Source: Chloroflexota bacterium | Lineage (GTDB): Bacteria > Chloroflexota > Dehalococcoidia > Lucifugimonadales > UBA2985 | NCBI GenBank assembly: GCA_028877205.1 | Contig: JAPPHY010000002.1 | Coordinates: 13,994 to 77,993 of the forward strand | Length of the DNA: 64,000 bases | Reading direction: 5' to 3' | Shown: piece after piece, positions 12,581-20,683 of the stretch | How positions within the stretch are numbered: position 1 is the first letter of the stretch | Layout: each line of letters begins with the position of its first letter | The notes under the pieces: generated by a model | Database searches by the model: none | The model's input: the letters and a program-made list of their open reading frames with translations, nothing else | Told to the model about the DNA's origin: nothing | Translations under genes and position numbers: made by a program

Positions 12581-13543
12581 ATGCTCCGCAAGCAGTCGAC
12601 AGGCGCTCCGCATCCAATGTCATCGCTCTTCCGCATAGCAACCAGGCCGGTTGTCCTCGCAGTCAGTCTTGTCGTCTTTTTGGTCACCCGCACCGTCGCG
12701 CTAGTGGTTCGCCTCGTGTCCTTCACCGCAACCAGGATCGTGCCCGGAGCCGTGCGTGCCGCCGCGTACCTGGTGGTAATGCCGCTGAAGCTGATCGCGT
12801 TTCTGGCGACGAGTGCGGCGCGGCTGCTCCGCTCCATCGTACTGTCGATAGGCTGGCTGGCGTCTCTCCTGGGCGGCTACGCCCTCTTCATCGCCGACCT
12901 GGTCATCTATCTGATGGTGCGTGCACAAGGGGGAGGGCAGCGCGTCAAGCCCACGCGGCGCAGGCCCTTCGAGGCCGGTCAGAAGGAGTTGCTCTTCCGG
13001 AGCCAGGTCGGCCGCTGCATGTACTGCGGAGCCGAGCGCGACATACGGGAGTTCCAGATCGACCACATGGTGCCGGTCGTGCGTGGCGGCCCGCATGAGA
13101 TGGCCAACTTCCAGCTGCTGTGTGGGCCGTGCAACAACCGAAAGCGCGACTACACTGACGACGAGTTCCGGCAGCGCTTTCGCGAGCTGACGGGGCCGCC
13201 CCGGGGAGGCCGCGGCGGCTACGAGCCTCCCCGGGAACAGATCCCGCTCGACAGGTTCGAGGAGGTGAGTCTCAGGAGCCATGTGCCCCAGTCGCTACAG
13301 GACTTCCACAGCATGGAGTTCAGGCCTCCGCTGGGCAAGGTGGCCGTCGGCTGCGCGGTGGTGGGCCTGGTCGCGCTGGTGGTGTGGATCGCGGTAGCGG
13401 TGGTCCAGACCGGCCGCCTGAGCCCGGACGGGGTGACGGAGGAGTGGAGGATGATGAGCGTGGCGGTTGCGGGCTACGCCGCCGCGTCGCTGGCGCTGGT
13501 ATGGAGGGCGTACGTGATCGGCAGCGGGGAGCGCGATAGGTAG
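12581..13543 (+). CDS. membrane-embedded HNH endonuclease-domain protein
   Basis: CMYCGAERDIREFQIDHMVPVVRGGPHEMANFQLLCGPCNNRK is a canonical HNH (CxxC...DH...N...CxxCN) motif. It is flanked by N-terminal and C-terminal transmembrane helices. Confidence 0.7.
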   Translation: MLRKQSTGAPHPMSSLFRIATRPVVLAVSLVVFLVTRTVALVVRLVSFTATRIVPGAVRAAAYLVVMPLKLIAFLATSAARLLRSIVLSIGWLASLLGGYALFIADLVIYLMVRAQGGGQRVKPTRRRPFEAGQKELLFRSQVGRCMYCGAERDIREFQIDHMVPVVRGGPHEMANFQLLCGPCNNRKRDYTDDEFRQRFRELTGPPRGGRGGYEPPREQIPLDRFEEVSLRSHVPQSLQDFHSMEFRPPLGKVAVGCAVVGLVALVVWIAVAVVQTGRLSPDGVTEEWRMMSVAVAGYAAASLALVWRAYVIGSGERDR

Positions 13544-13572
13544 TGCGCGGGCCGCGCGTGGCGCAACCTGAG

Positions 13573-13643
13573 CTGCCCGGCCTGGATTCGAACCAAGGTC
13601 TCCTGAGCCAAAGTCAGACGTGCTACCGCTGCACCACCGGGCA
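13573..13643 (-). tRNA. tRNA-Gln (TTG)
   Basis: Reverse complement TGCCCGGTGGTGCAGCGGTAGCACGTCTGACTTTGGCTCAGGAGACCTTGGTTCGAATCCAGGCCGGGCAG folds as a cloverleaf with anticodon loop CTTTGGC. CCA is not encoded. Confidence 0.9.
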
Positions 13644-13788
13644 TCCGGCACGTGGGCCGTGCAGTCTATTGTAATACGGCGAGTCATTGCCGGGAAAGTG
13701 TCACGAATTCCAACTGCACTCGCTTGCGGTCATGAAGGCAGCAGTCTGTCCAGAGCCGCGCGCACAGGGCGTCCCGCCGTAACTTCGT

Positions 13789-13817
13789 TTGACACTCTCA
13801 GCCAACAGGAATATAAT
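13789..13817 (+). promoter_or_regulatory. consensus sigma70 promoter (TTGACA-17 nt-TATAAT) for rpmH
   Basis: Perfect hexamers with 17-nt spacing, 14 nt upstream of the rpmH ATG. Confidence 0.6.
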
Positions 13818-13830
13818 CCAGCCCGTCATC

Positions 13831-13968
13831 ATGCCAAAGCGAACCTATCAACCCAAAGTCAGACGAAGGAAGAGAGTCCACGGCTTCTTCTCACGCATGC
13901 AGACTCCCGGCGGCCAAAAGGTGCTGAAGAGGCGCCGCTTCAAGGGCAGGTCGAGGCTCACGGTCTAG
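13831..13968 (+). CDS. rpmH: 50S ribosomal protein L34
   Basis: [45 protein letters not shown]. Below the ORF-track length cutoff, read directly from the sequence. Confidence 0.9.
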   Translation: MPKRTYQPKVRRRKRVHGFFSRMQTPGGQKVLKRRRFKGRSRLTV

Positions 13969-14012
13969 CTGCATGCAACCCTCTCCACCGTTGCAGCCCG
14001 CGCTCAAGCTCA

Positions 14013-14375
14013 ATGCAGAAGGAGTTCCGTCTCAGGAAGACCAGGGACTTCTCGCTTGTCTATCGCGTCGGGCGCTCGTGGGCCAACGACTTCCTTGTGC
14101 TTAAGGCAATGCCCAACCACGAGGTGTCCGGCTGCAGGTTTGGGTTCAGCGTGGGGAAGCGCACGGGCAACGCAGTGATGAGGAACACCATCAAGCGAAG
14201 GCTCAGAGAGACAGTCCGTCAGACCCCCGTCAAGGCAGGTTGGGACATCGTCTTTATCGCACGCGCCCGCGCCCGCAACGCGAGCTACCACCGCCTGAAG
14301 GCCTCCGCGACATCGCTGCTGCGGAGGGCCGACCTGCTTGCATTGCAGTCCGAAACGGAGAGGGCAAGCGCATGA
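14013..14375 (+). CDS. rnpA: ribonuclease P protein component
   Basis: Internal ATG of ORF 13620..14375. FRLRKTRDF and [17 protein letters not shown] match the RNase P protein signature. Follows rpmH. Confidence 0.85.
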   Translation: MQKEFRLRKTRDFSLVYRVGRSWANDFLVLKAMPNHEVSGCRFGFSVGKRTGNAVMRNTIKRRLRETVRQTPVKAGWDIVFIARARARNASYHRLKASATSLLRRADLLALQSETERASA

Positions 14376-14581
14376 GGTTGAGCGCAATGTCGGCCATTCG
14401 ATGGTATCAGAGGGCCGTTTCGCCGTTCCTGCCCGTGTCCTGCCGGTACATGCCAACCTGCTCCGAGTACTCTCACGAGGCCATCTCACGCCACGGCCTC
14501 TTCCGCGGCGCGCTGCTGACTGCTCGGAGGCTTGCGCGGTGCACACCCCTCGGCGGTAGGGGGTACGACCCCGTTCCCTGA
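14372..14581 (+). CDS. yidD: membrane protein insertion efficiency factor YidD
   Basis: [34 protein letters not shown]...[18 protein letters not shown] overlap with the rnpA stop. Confidence 0.85.
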   Translation: MRLSAMSAIRWYQRAVSPFLPVSCRYMPTCSEYSHEAISRHGLFRGALLTARRLARCTPLGGRGYDPVP

Positions 14582-14653
14582 CGATACAAATGCGCGGGCG
14601 TCACCTTCGCCGGACAGTCAAGGGCGCACGCCCCGCCATCGTTCATAAAGTCA

Positions 14654-15805
14654 ATGCAGAAAGACCATAGCCTGGCCCCACTACCGGCATCACAAGCGGC
14701 GAGATTCCGCCTCTGGCTGCTCGTGGTGCCGCTGGTGCTTCTCGCCGCCGCCGGCTGCGAGGCGGGCCGCTTCACGGCGGAGTCCGGCTGGTCCGGCGCC
14801 GTGGTGGCCGGCGATGTGGTCTACATCGGCTCCCGGCAGGCGCAGCTGCTGGCGCTGGACAGACAGCAGGGAACGCTTCTGTGGAGCTTTCCCGGCGCTG
14901 GGGAGGAGAACCTGGTGGGCATCTACGGGAGCCCCGCTGTGACGGACGACCTGGTCTACGTGGGCGCGTACGGCGAGGAGCTGGGCAGGCTGTACGCCAT
15001 AGACCCTGTGGGACGGGCCAAGGTGTGGGAATATCCCACGGGCGATCACATCGTGGGGTCACCTGTGGTGGCAGGCGAAACGGTGCTGGTGGGCTCCTCA
15101 GACGGCGTTCTCTATGCGCTGGACGCCACCACCGGAGTGGAGCAGTGGCGCTTCAAGACTGGCAACAAGATCTGGTCAACACCCGTGGTGCACGACGGCA
15201 CAGTTTACCTGGGCTCTCTCGACCACAACGTGTACGCCATCAGCCTTGACGAAGGCGTTGAGCAGTGGCGGTTCACAACCGGCGGCGCCGTGGCGTCAAC
15301 CCCCTTGGTAGAGGGCGGTCGCGTCTACATCGGTTCGTTCGACAGGCACTTCTACGCGCTGGACGCGATCTCCGGCGCGGAGGCGTGGGTGCAACCGTTC
15401 CGGGCGGACAACTGGTTCTGGACCACCGCGGTCTCCGACGGCGGCAACATCTACGTCGGCTCGCTGGACGGCAACCTTTACGCCATCAGCGCGCAGTCCG
15501 GCCAGTCCGCGTGGCCCCAGCCGTTCTCAACCGGCCAGCCGATCGTGTCGGCACCGGCGCTGGTGCCGGACGGCGTGGTCGTAGCCAGCGACAGCGGGGA
15601 CATCTTCCTGGTGCGTGCTCGTGACGGACAACAGATTCGCCCGTATTCCGTGAAGGACCACATCCGAGCGCCAATCACCGCAGAGGATTCGGTCATCTAT
15701 TTCAGTGCCATGGACCACTCGGTGCGAGCGGCGGACCTGGAGGGCGGTTTCTGGAAGGAGTTGTGGTGCCACGACACCAGGCAGGACAGGCAGCAATGCG
15801 AGTGA
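14654..15805 (+). CDS. PQQ-like beta-propeller repeat lipoprotein
   Basis: Lipobox LLAAAGC. Repeated V(Y)xGSxDGxLYALDxxTGxxxW blades. Confidence 0.8.
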   Translation: MQKDHSLAPLPASQAARFRLWLLVVPLVLLAAAGCEAGRFTAESGWSGAVVAGDVVYIGSRQAQLLALDRQQGTLLWSFPGAGEENLVGIYGSPAVTDDLVYVGAYGEELGRLYAIDPVGRAKVWEYPTGDHIVGSPVVAGETVLVGSSDGVLYALDATTGVEQWRFKTGNKIWSTPVVHDGTVYLGSLDHNVYAISLDEGVEQWRFTTGGAVASTPLVEGGRVYIGSFDRHFYALDAISGAEAWVQPFRADNWFWTTAVSDGGNIYVGSLDGNLYAISAQSGQSAWPQPFSTGQPIVSAPALVPDGVVVASDSGDIFLVRARDGQQIRPYSVKDHIRAPITAEDSVIYFSAMDHSVRAADLEGGFWKELWCHDTRQDRQQCE

Positions 15806-15888
15806 GTATTTCGGCTCTGGCAGCTGCTCATCCATTCCTGCGAAAGCAGGAATCCATTCCGGCCGCCCGCGGGGGCGAGAGGTAAGCC

Positions 15889-16803
15889 ATGCTGGAGTTC
15901 ATCGGTCTCATATGGGACCAGCTCATCCTGGGCCCGATGGTGAACTGCCTGGTGTTCCTCTATGCCATCATGTTCGACAACTTCGGCCTCAGCATCCTGC
16001 TCTTCACCGTGGTGATAAGGCTGATCACGATGCCCCTGACGCTCAAGCAGATCAGGATGACGCGGCAGATGACCATGCTGCAGCCACAGATGCGGGAGTT
16101 GCAGCAGAGGTACAAGGACGACAGGCAGCGGCTGTCGCAGGAGACGATGAGGCTGTACAGGGAGCAGGGCGTCAATCCCCTGGGATGCCTTGGGCCGATG
16201 GTCATCCAGATGCCCGTCTGGATTGGGCTGTACCAGGCGATAATCCAGACCCTTCCCACGCAGCCGGAGCGGCTGATCGGCCTCTCGCAGAAGCTGTACT
16301 CCTGGCTGCCCATGGTCAACGAGGCGGTGCCGCTGAGCAGCGGCTTCCTCTGGATGGACCTGGCGCTTGGCCCGGGCGAGCAGAGCGACTTCCTTCTGCC
16401 TGCGTTGGTGGGGCTGTCAATGTGGGCGGTGCAGAAGATGTCGACTGTGCCTTCGGCGGATCCGCGGCAGGCACAGACCAACACGATGATGCTGTGGATG
16501 ATGCCGCTGATGCTCACCTTCTTCTCGTTCCAGCTTCCCAGCGGCCTGGCCCTCTACTGGGTGGCGTCCAACCTGATACAGATGGGTATCCAGTACTTTA
16601 TAACCGGATGGGGCAACCTTCTGCCGTCGAGAACAGAGACGGCGCCCGCGCAGGTCGCGCCCGCCCAGCCGGTCAAGGAGATTGCGCAAGATGGAGACAC
16701 TGGAGACAACGGGAAGAACCGTCGAGGAGGCAATCGAAATCGCTCTGGAGCAGCTAGGCGCAGAGCGAGATCAGGTAGAAATAGACGTAATCAGTCAAGG
16801 TAA
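15889..16803 (+). CDS. yidC: membrane protein insertase YidC (short form) with basic C-terminal tail
   Basis: NFGLSILLFTVVIRLITMPLTLKQ and multi-TM Oxa1 pattern. Arg-rich tail NRRGGNRNRSGAARRRARSGRNRRNQSR. Confidence 0.9.
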   Translation: MLEFIGLIWDQLILGPMVNCLVFLYAIMFDNFGLSILLFTVVIRLITMPLTLKQIRMTRQMTMLQPQMRELQQRYKDDRQRLSQETMRLYREQGVNPLGCLGPMVIQMPVWIGLYQAIIQTLPTQPERLIGLSQKLYSWLPMVNEAVPLSSGFLWMDLALGPGEQSDFLLPALVGLSMWAVQKMSTVPSADPRQAQTNTMMLWMMPLMLTFFSFQLPSGLALYWVASNLIQMGIQYFITGWGNLLPSRTETAPAQVAPAQPVKEIAQDGDTGDNGKNRRGGNRNRSGAARRRARSGRNRRNQSR

Positions 16804-17326
16804 GGGCGGCATACTGGGCTTCGGCGCGGAGCCGGCAAGGGTGCGCGTGATGCTCACGGCTCCCCTGTCCAGCCTTCCGGCGCTGTCCAAGCTCATACTG
16901 GACAACCTTCTCAAGAACATGAAGGTGGAGGCCTTCACCGCCATCCGGCCTTCCGACCAGGAGGAGGACGGTACGGTTGAGATCGAGGTCCAGGGAGAGG
17001 ACTCGGGACTGCTCATTGGGCGCCGTGGCGAGACGCTGCGAGCGCTCCAGTACGTCACCAACCTGCTGGTGGGGCGGAGAGCCGAGGGCCGCGTGGTGCT
17101 GGACGTTGAGGGGTACCGGGAGCGGCGTTACGCTGCGCTCAGGACGCTTGCGGCCCGGGTCGCCGAGCGTGTAGCCTCCACCGGACAGTCGGTTACGCTG
17201 GAGCCGATGGCAGCCAACGAGCGTCGGGTGATCCACCTCGCGCTGGCCAACAACCCCCGCGTGGCCACGGAGAGCACGGGCGTGGGAGAGGGCCGCAAGA
17301 TCACGGTCTCGCCTGCCAGGGGGTGA
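16691..17326 (+). CDS. jag: Jag/KhpB RNA-binding protein (Jag_N-KH-R3H)
   Basis: METLETTGRTVEEAIEIALEQLG (Jag_N), a KH-like core, and R3H ERRVIHLAL. The ATG at 16691 lies 10 nt after AGGAG. Confidence 0.85.
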   Translation: METLETTGRTVEEAIEIALEQLGAERDQVEIDVISQGKGGILGFGAEPARVRVMLTAPLSSLPALSKLILDNLLKNMKVEAFTAIRPSDQEEDGTVEIEVQGEDSGLLIGRRGETLRALQYVTNLLVGRRAEGRVVLDVEGYRERRYAALRTLAARVAERVASTGQSVTLEPMAANERRVIHLALANNPRVATESTGVGEGRKITVSPARG

Positions 17327-17359
17327 GAGGGAGCGGCCCTTTACAGCGTTCCCGAGTAC

Positions 17360-18157
17360 ATGACAGCTCATAGAGTCTGGGCGCGTTTATTCTCAATCCT
17401 TGCCGTAAAGCGCCAAGAGCTGGGAATCTGCAAGTACTGTGGCCTGCGCGCCGGCAGATTGCGAGGACAGCACGGAGAGTGCGAGAGTAGGTACACTGAG
17501 GCACTCAGAAGCCTCTTGAGCACCGCAACACGGCTTGCACTTGGGCGCGCTTCCGCGGACGAGCTCCGTTTGAGGCTGAGCCTTGCTGGTGAGAGCTTCG
17601 TAAGCGGTGACGAGGCACGGGAAGCCTTGATCGAGGCTTACGAAGACGCAGCCTGCAGGTTACTGGCTGGAGACTGGATCAGTGCCGAGAACGAGAGCTT
17701 TCTTGCCTCCTACGTGGCAGAGTTGAATCTCTCAGACGCCGAGTGTAATCGCAATGGCACCCAGGAGCGAATTCGGATGTCAGCGCAATTGCGTCAGATT
17801 GCCACGGAGCCTGCTACCCTAAATGATTGGCGCTCAACACTGGGCAGCTTGCCTCTTCGCTTAAGCGATCCAGATGAACGGGTGGTCTGGGCGTTTCGCA
17901 CCGTTCGAGTGGAGTTTGGCTCTACGCAAATGAGGGAATCTGACAGTGGACGATTGGTAATGACTAACAGAAGACTCTATTTTGCTGGCAGGGAAGGCAG
18001 CCACCAATCCACATTGGGAAGAATTCATACCCTGCGGCGTGAGTACGACGGTTTCGCAATTCACACGGGCGCGTCTGCCAAGGCGTACTCGTTCCGCAGT
18101 GACGTGAATGGCTGGTTCGCATGGAAGTTGATCAATCTATTGGTCAAGATGAAGTGA
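17360..18157 (+). CDS. hypothetical protein (N-terminal CxxC...C cluster, C-terminal PH/GRAM-like segment)
   Basis: 265-aa ORF with lower GC than its neighbours. CKYCGLRAGRLRGQHGEC, and RLVMTNRRLYFAG resembling bacterial PH-domain strands. Confidence 0.45.
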   Translation: MTAHRVWARLFSILAVKRQELGICKYCGLRAGRLRGQHGECESRYTEALRSLLSTATRLALGRASADELRLRLSLAGESFVSGDEAREALIEAYEDAACRLLAGDWISAENESFLASYVAELNLSDAECNRNGTQERIRMSAQLRQIATEPATLNDWRSTLGSLPLRLSDPDERVVWAFRTVRVEFGSTQMRESDSGRLVMTNRRLYFAGREGSHQSTLGRIHTLRREYDGFAIHTGASAKAYSFRSDVNGWFAWKLINLLVKMK

Positions 18158-18215
18158 CCCGGCCAACCGATTGAAGCGACAGCAGCAACTTGGACAAGTC
18201 AATGGCGAGGCTTGC

Positions 18216-20585
18216 ATGCCGGGCGCTCGTGTTCTAATTGCGGTCGCCGTAGTTCTCACACTCCTGTCCGCGTGCGGGGATGACTCTCCAGTCATCTCGA
18301 TGTCTATCGCGATAGCGCCCCCATCCGGTGACTCGCCTTCCTACCACAGAGACGAATGGCCTCATTGGACAGACGAGGACGGCGATTGCCAGGATACAAG
18401 GCAAGAGGTCCTCATAGCCGAGTCGCTTTCAGCAGTCGAATACACCGACTCCGACGAGTGCAGGGTTGCATCCGGGACATGGACTGGCCCGTATACCGGT
18501 GAGGAGTTTGCCGATCCTGCGAACTTGGACATAGACCATCTTGTGCCGCTGGCAAACGCTCACGTCTCGGGCGGATGGGAGTGGAGTGAATCGAGAAAGA
18601 GTCAGTACGCCAACGACATATCTTTCGAAGGACACCTGGTGGCTGTGCATGGCCAGTCCAACAGGACCAAAGGCGCTTCCGGGCCTGAAGAGTGGAGGCC
18701 GCCCGAAAGCAGCTACTGGTGCCAGTACGCAATAGACTGGATCACAATCAAGAACAGTTGGGGGCTTACCTCTACCGAGGCAGAATTGGCTGCCCTCTCA
18801 GAGATGCTGGACACTTGCGAGCCGCGCAGGGTGCTTGTTGGAATTGAACCGGAGGGACGACAGGCTGCTGCCACTTACCCACCCTCTCCAAGTGCTACTG
18901 CCGCAGCTTTGCTGGAAGGAGCCTACGCCTCCTGTGAAGAGGCTGAGGCCGCCGGTGAAGAACGAGAACGGGGGAGTGCGGGTGAAGGATGGGGTTTCCC
19001 ACAGTCGATGGTGCCGAGCGCTCGTGATGGAGACGGCGATGGGGTTGTCTGTGAAGAGACGGTACGGAGCTCTGCAACGCCATCCCCAGCTACTACCGCC
19101 ACGCCTCAAGCTTCCCCAACCGCCACCGTTTCACATGAAGGAGTGACGGATTGGCCCTACGCGTCGTGCGAAGAGGCTGAGGCCGCCGGTGAAGAACGAG
19201 AACGGGGGAGTGCGGGTGAAGGATGGGGTTTCCCACAGTCGATGGTGCCGAGCGCTCGTGACCGAGACGACGACGGGGTTGTCTGCGAAGAGGCGGTACG
19301 GGGTGCTACACCCACACCCGTTCCAGTCGCCACTGCCACGCAGGAAGCTGCACCGACCGCTACCGCTACCGTCACGGATGGGGTCTATGCGTCCTGTGAA
19401 GAGGCTGAGGCCGCTGGTGAGGAACGAGAACAGGAGAGTGCAGGTGAAGGATGGGGCTTCCCACAGTCTATGGTGCCAAGCGCTCGCGATGGAGACGACG
19501 ATGGGGTCGTCTGCGAAGAGACGGTAAGGAGCGCTACGCCCACACCCGTTCCAGTCGCCACTGCTACGCAGGAAGCTTCACCGACCGCTACAGTTACCGT
19601 CACGGATGGGGTCTATGCGTCCTGTGAAGAGGCAGAGGCCGCCGGCGAGGAGCGGGTTCAGGGGAGCAGCGGCAGCGGACGCGGCTTCCCGCAGTCGATG
19701 GTGCCGAGCGCTCGTGACGGAGACGACGATGGTGTTGTCTGCGAAGAGACGGTTCGGAGTGCTACACCCACACCCGTTCCAGTCGCCACTGCCACGCAGG
19801 AAGCTTCACCGACCGCTACAGTTACCGTCACGGATGGAGTCTATGCGACCTGTGAAGAGGCTGAGGCCGCTGGTGAGGAGCGCGTTCAGGGGAGCAATGG
19901 CAATGGTCGTGGCTTCCCGCAATCGATGGTACCGAGCGCTCGCGATGGAGACGACGATGGGGTTGTCTGCGAAGAGACCGCGCGGAGTGCTACGCCTACA
20001 CCGCGTCCCGTCGCCACTGCCACTACCGGCACTGACGGGGTCTATGCGTCCTGTGAAGAGGCTGAGGCCGCCGGTGAGGAGCGCGTTCAGGGGAGCAGTG
20101 GTACCGGTCGTGGCTTCCCGCAGTCGATGGTGCCGAGCGCTCGCGATGGCGACGGTGATGGTATTGTCTGCGAAGAGACGGCAAGGAGCGCCACGCCTAC
20201 ACCGCGCCCGGTTGCCACCGCACCCGCTGACGAAGCCGACGGAGTCTATGCCTCATGTGAAGATGCCGAGGCCGCCGGTGAGGAGCGAGTGCAGGGGAGC
20301 AGTGGCACTGGTCATGGCTTCCCGCAATCGATGGTACCGAGCGCACGTGACGGAGACGGTGATGGGGTTGTCTGCGAAGAGACTGCACGGAGTGCTACGC
20401 CTACACCGCGTCCCGTCGCCACTGCCACCACCGGCACTGACGGGGTCTATGCCTCATGTGAAGATGCCGAGGCCGCCGGTGAGGAGCGAGTGCAGGGGAG
20501 CAGTGGGAGCGGTCGTGGCTTCCCGCAGTCGATGGTGCCGAGCGCCCGCGACGGAGACGGCGATGGGGTTGTCTGCGAGAGGTAG
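18216..20585 (+). CDS. secreted lipoprotein: DUF1524 (His-Me finger/HNH-like) nuclease domain plus 8 Excalibur calcium-binding repeats
   Basis: Lipobox LTLLSAC. YHRDEWPHWTDEDGDCQDTRQEVL...DIDHLVPLANAH...NRTKG matches the DUF1524 pattern. There are eight copies of Y-A-S-C-E-E-A-E-A-A-G...D-G-D-x-D-G-V-V-C-E. Confidence 0.8.
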   Translation: MPGARVLIAVAVVLTLLSACGDDSPVISMSIAIAPPSGDSPSYHRDEWPHWTDEDGDCQDTRQEVLIAESLSAVEYTDSDECRVASGTWTGPYTGEEFADPANLDIDHLVPLANAHVSGGWEWSESRKSQYANDISFEGHLVAVHGQSNRTKGASGPEEWRPPESSYWCQYAIDWITIKNSWGLTSTEAELAALSEMLDTCEPRRVLVGIEPEGRQAAATYPPSPSATAAALLEGAYASCEEAEAAGEERERGSAGEGWGFPQSMVPSARDGDGDGVVCEETVRSSATPSPATTATPQASPTATVSHEGVTDWPYASCEEAEAAGEERERGSAGEGWGFPQSMVPSARDRDDDGVVCEEAVRGATPTPVPVATATQEAAPTATATVTDGVYASCEEAEAAGEEREQESAGEGWGFPQSMVPSARDGDDDGVVCEETVRSATPTPVPVATATQEASPTATVTVTDGVYASCEEAEAAGEERVQGSSGSGRGFPQSMVPSARDGDDDGVVCEETVRSATPTPVPVATATQEASPTATVTVTDGVYATCEEAEAAGEERVQGSNGNGRGFPQSMVPSARDGDDDGVVCEETARSATPTPRPVATATTGTDGVYASCEEAEAAGEERVQGSSGTGRGFPQSMVPSARDGDGDGIVCEETARSATPTPRPVATAPADEADGVYASCEDAEAAGEERVQGSSGTGHGFPQSMVPSARDGDGDGVVCEETARSATPTPRPVATATTGTDGVYASCEDAEAAGEERVQGSSGSGRGFPQSMVPSARDGDGDGVVCER
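18924..20582 (+). repeat. in-frame tandem repeat array (8 units: 234, 228, 228, 228, 201, 204, 201 nt, then a final 135-nt unit)
   Basis: Unit starts (TAY GCN TCN TGY GAA GAG/GAT GCY GAG GCC) were read at 18924, 19158, 19386, 19614, 19842, 20043, 20247 and 20448. Confidence 0.9.
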
Positions 20586-20620
20586 GCTGGCGGTCTTGGT
20601 GGCCGCTGTCACGCAAGAGA

Positions 20621-20651
20621 AGAGGGAGGCCCGCACTGCGGGCCTCCCTCT
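20621..20651. terminator. bidirectional hairpin between convergent genes
   Basis: 14-bp stem AGAGGGAGGCCCGC/GCGGGCCTCCCTCT with a 3-nt loop. Confidence 0.5.
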
Positions 20652-20683
20652 CTCGCTAAGTTCGCTGATCGCCGGACTGCTGG

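Noticed and set aside
9050-13573. A prophage or integrative element at the tRNA genes.
   Set aside because: No integrase, excisionase, phage structural genes or tRNA-derived att repeats were seen. It is described only as a compositionally distinct islet.
16682-16690. A TTG start for jag at 16682 (ORF track).
   Set aside because: The ATG at 16691 has better spacing from the AGGAG at 16676..16680. The difference is only 3 codons.
18924-20582. Regular ~200-230-nt repeats that could be mistaken for a CRISPR or satellite array.
   Set aside because: The units are contiguous with no unique spacers and stay in frame. They encode complete Excalibur-type protein domains within one long ORF.
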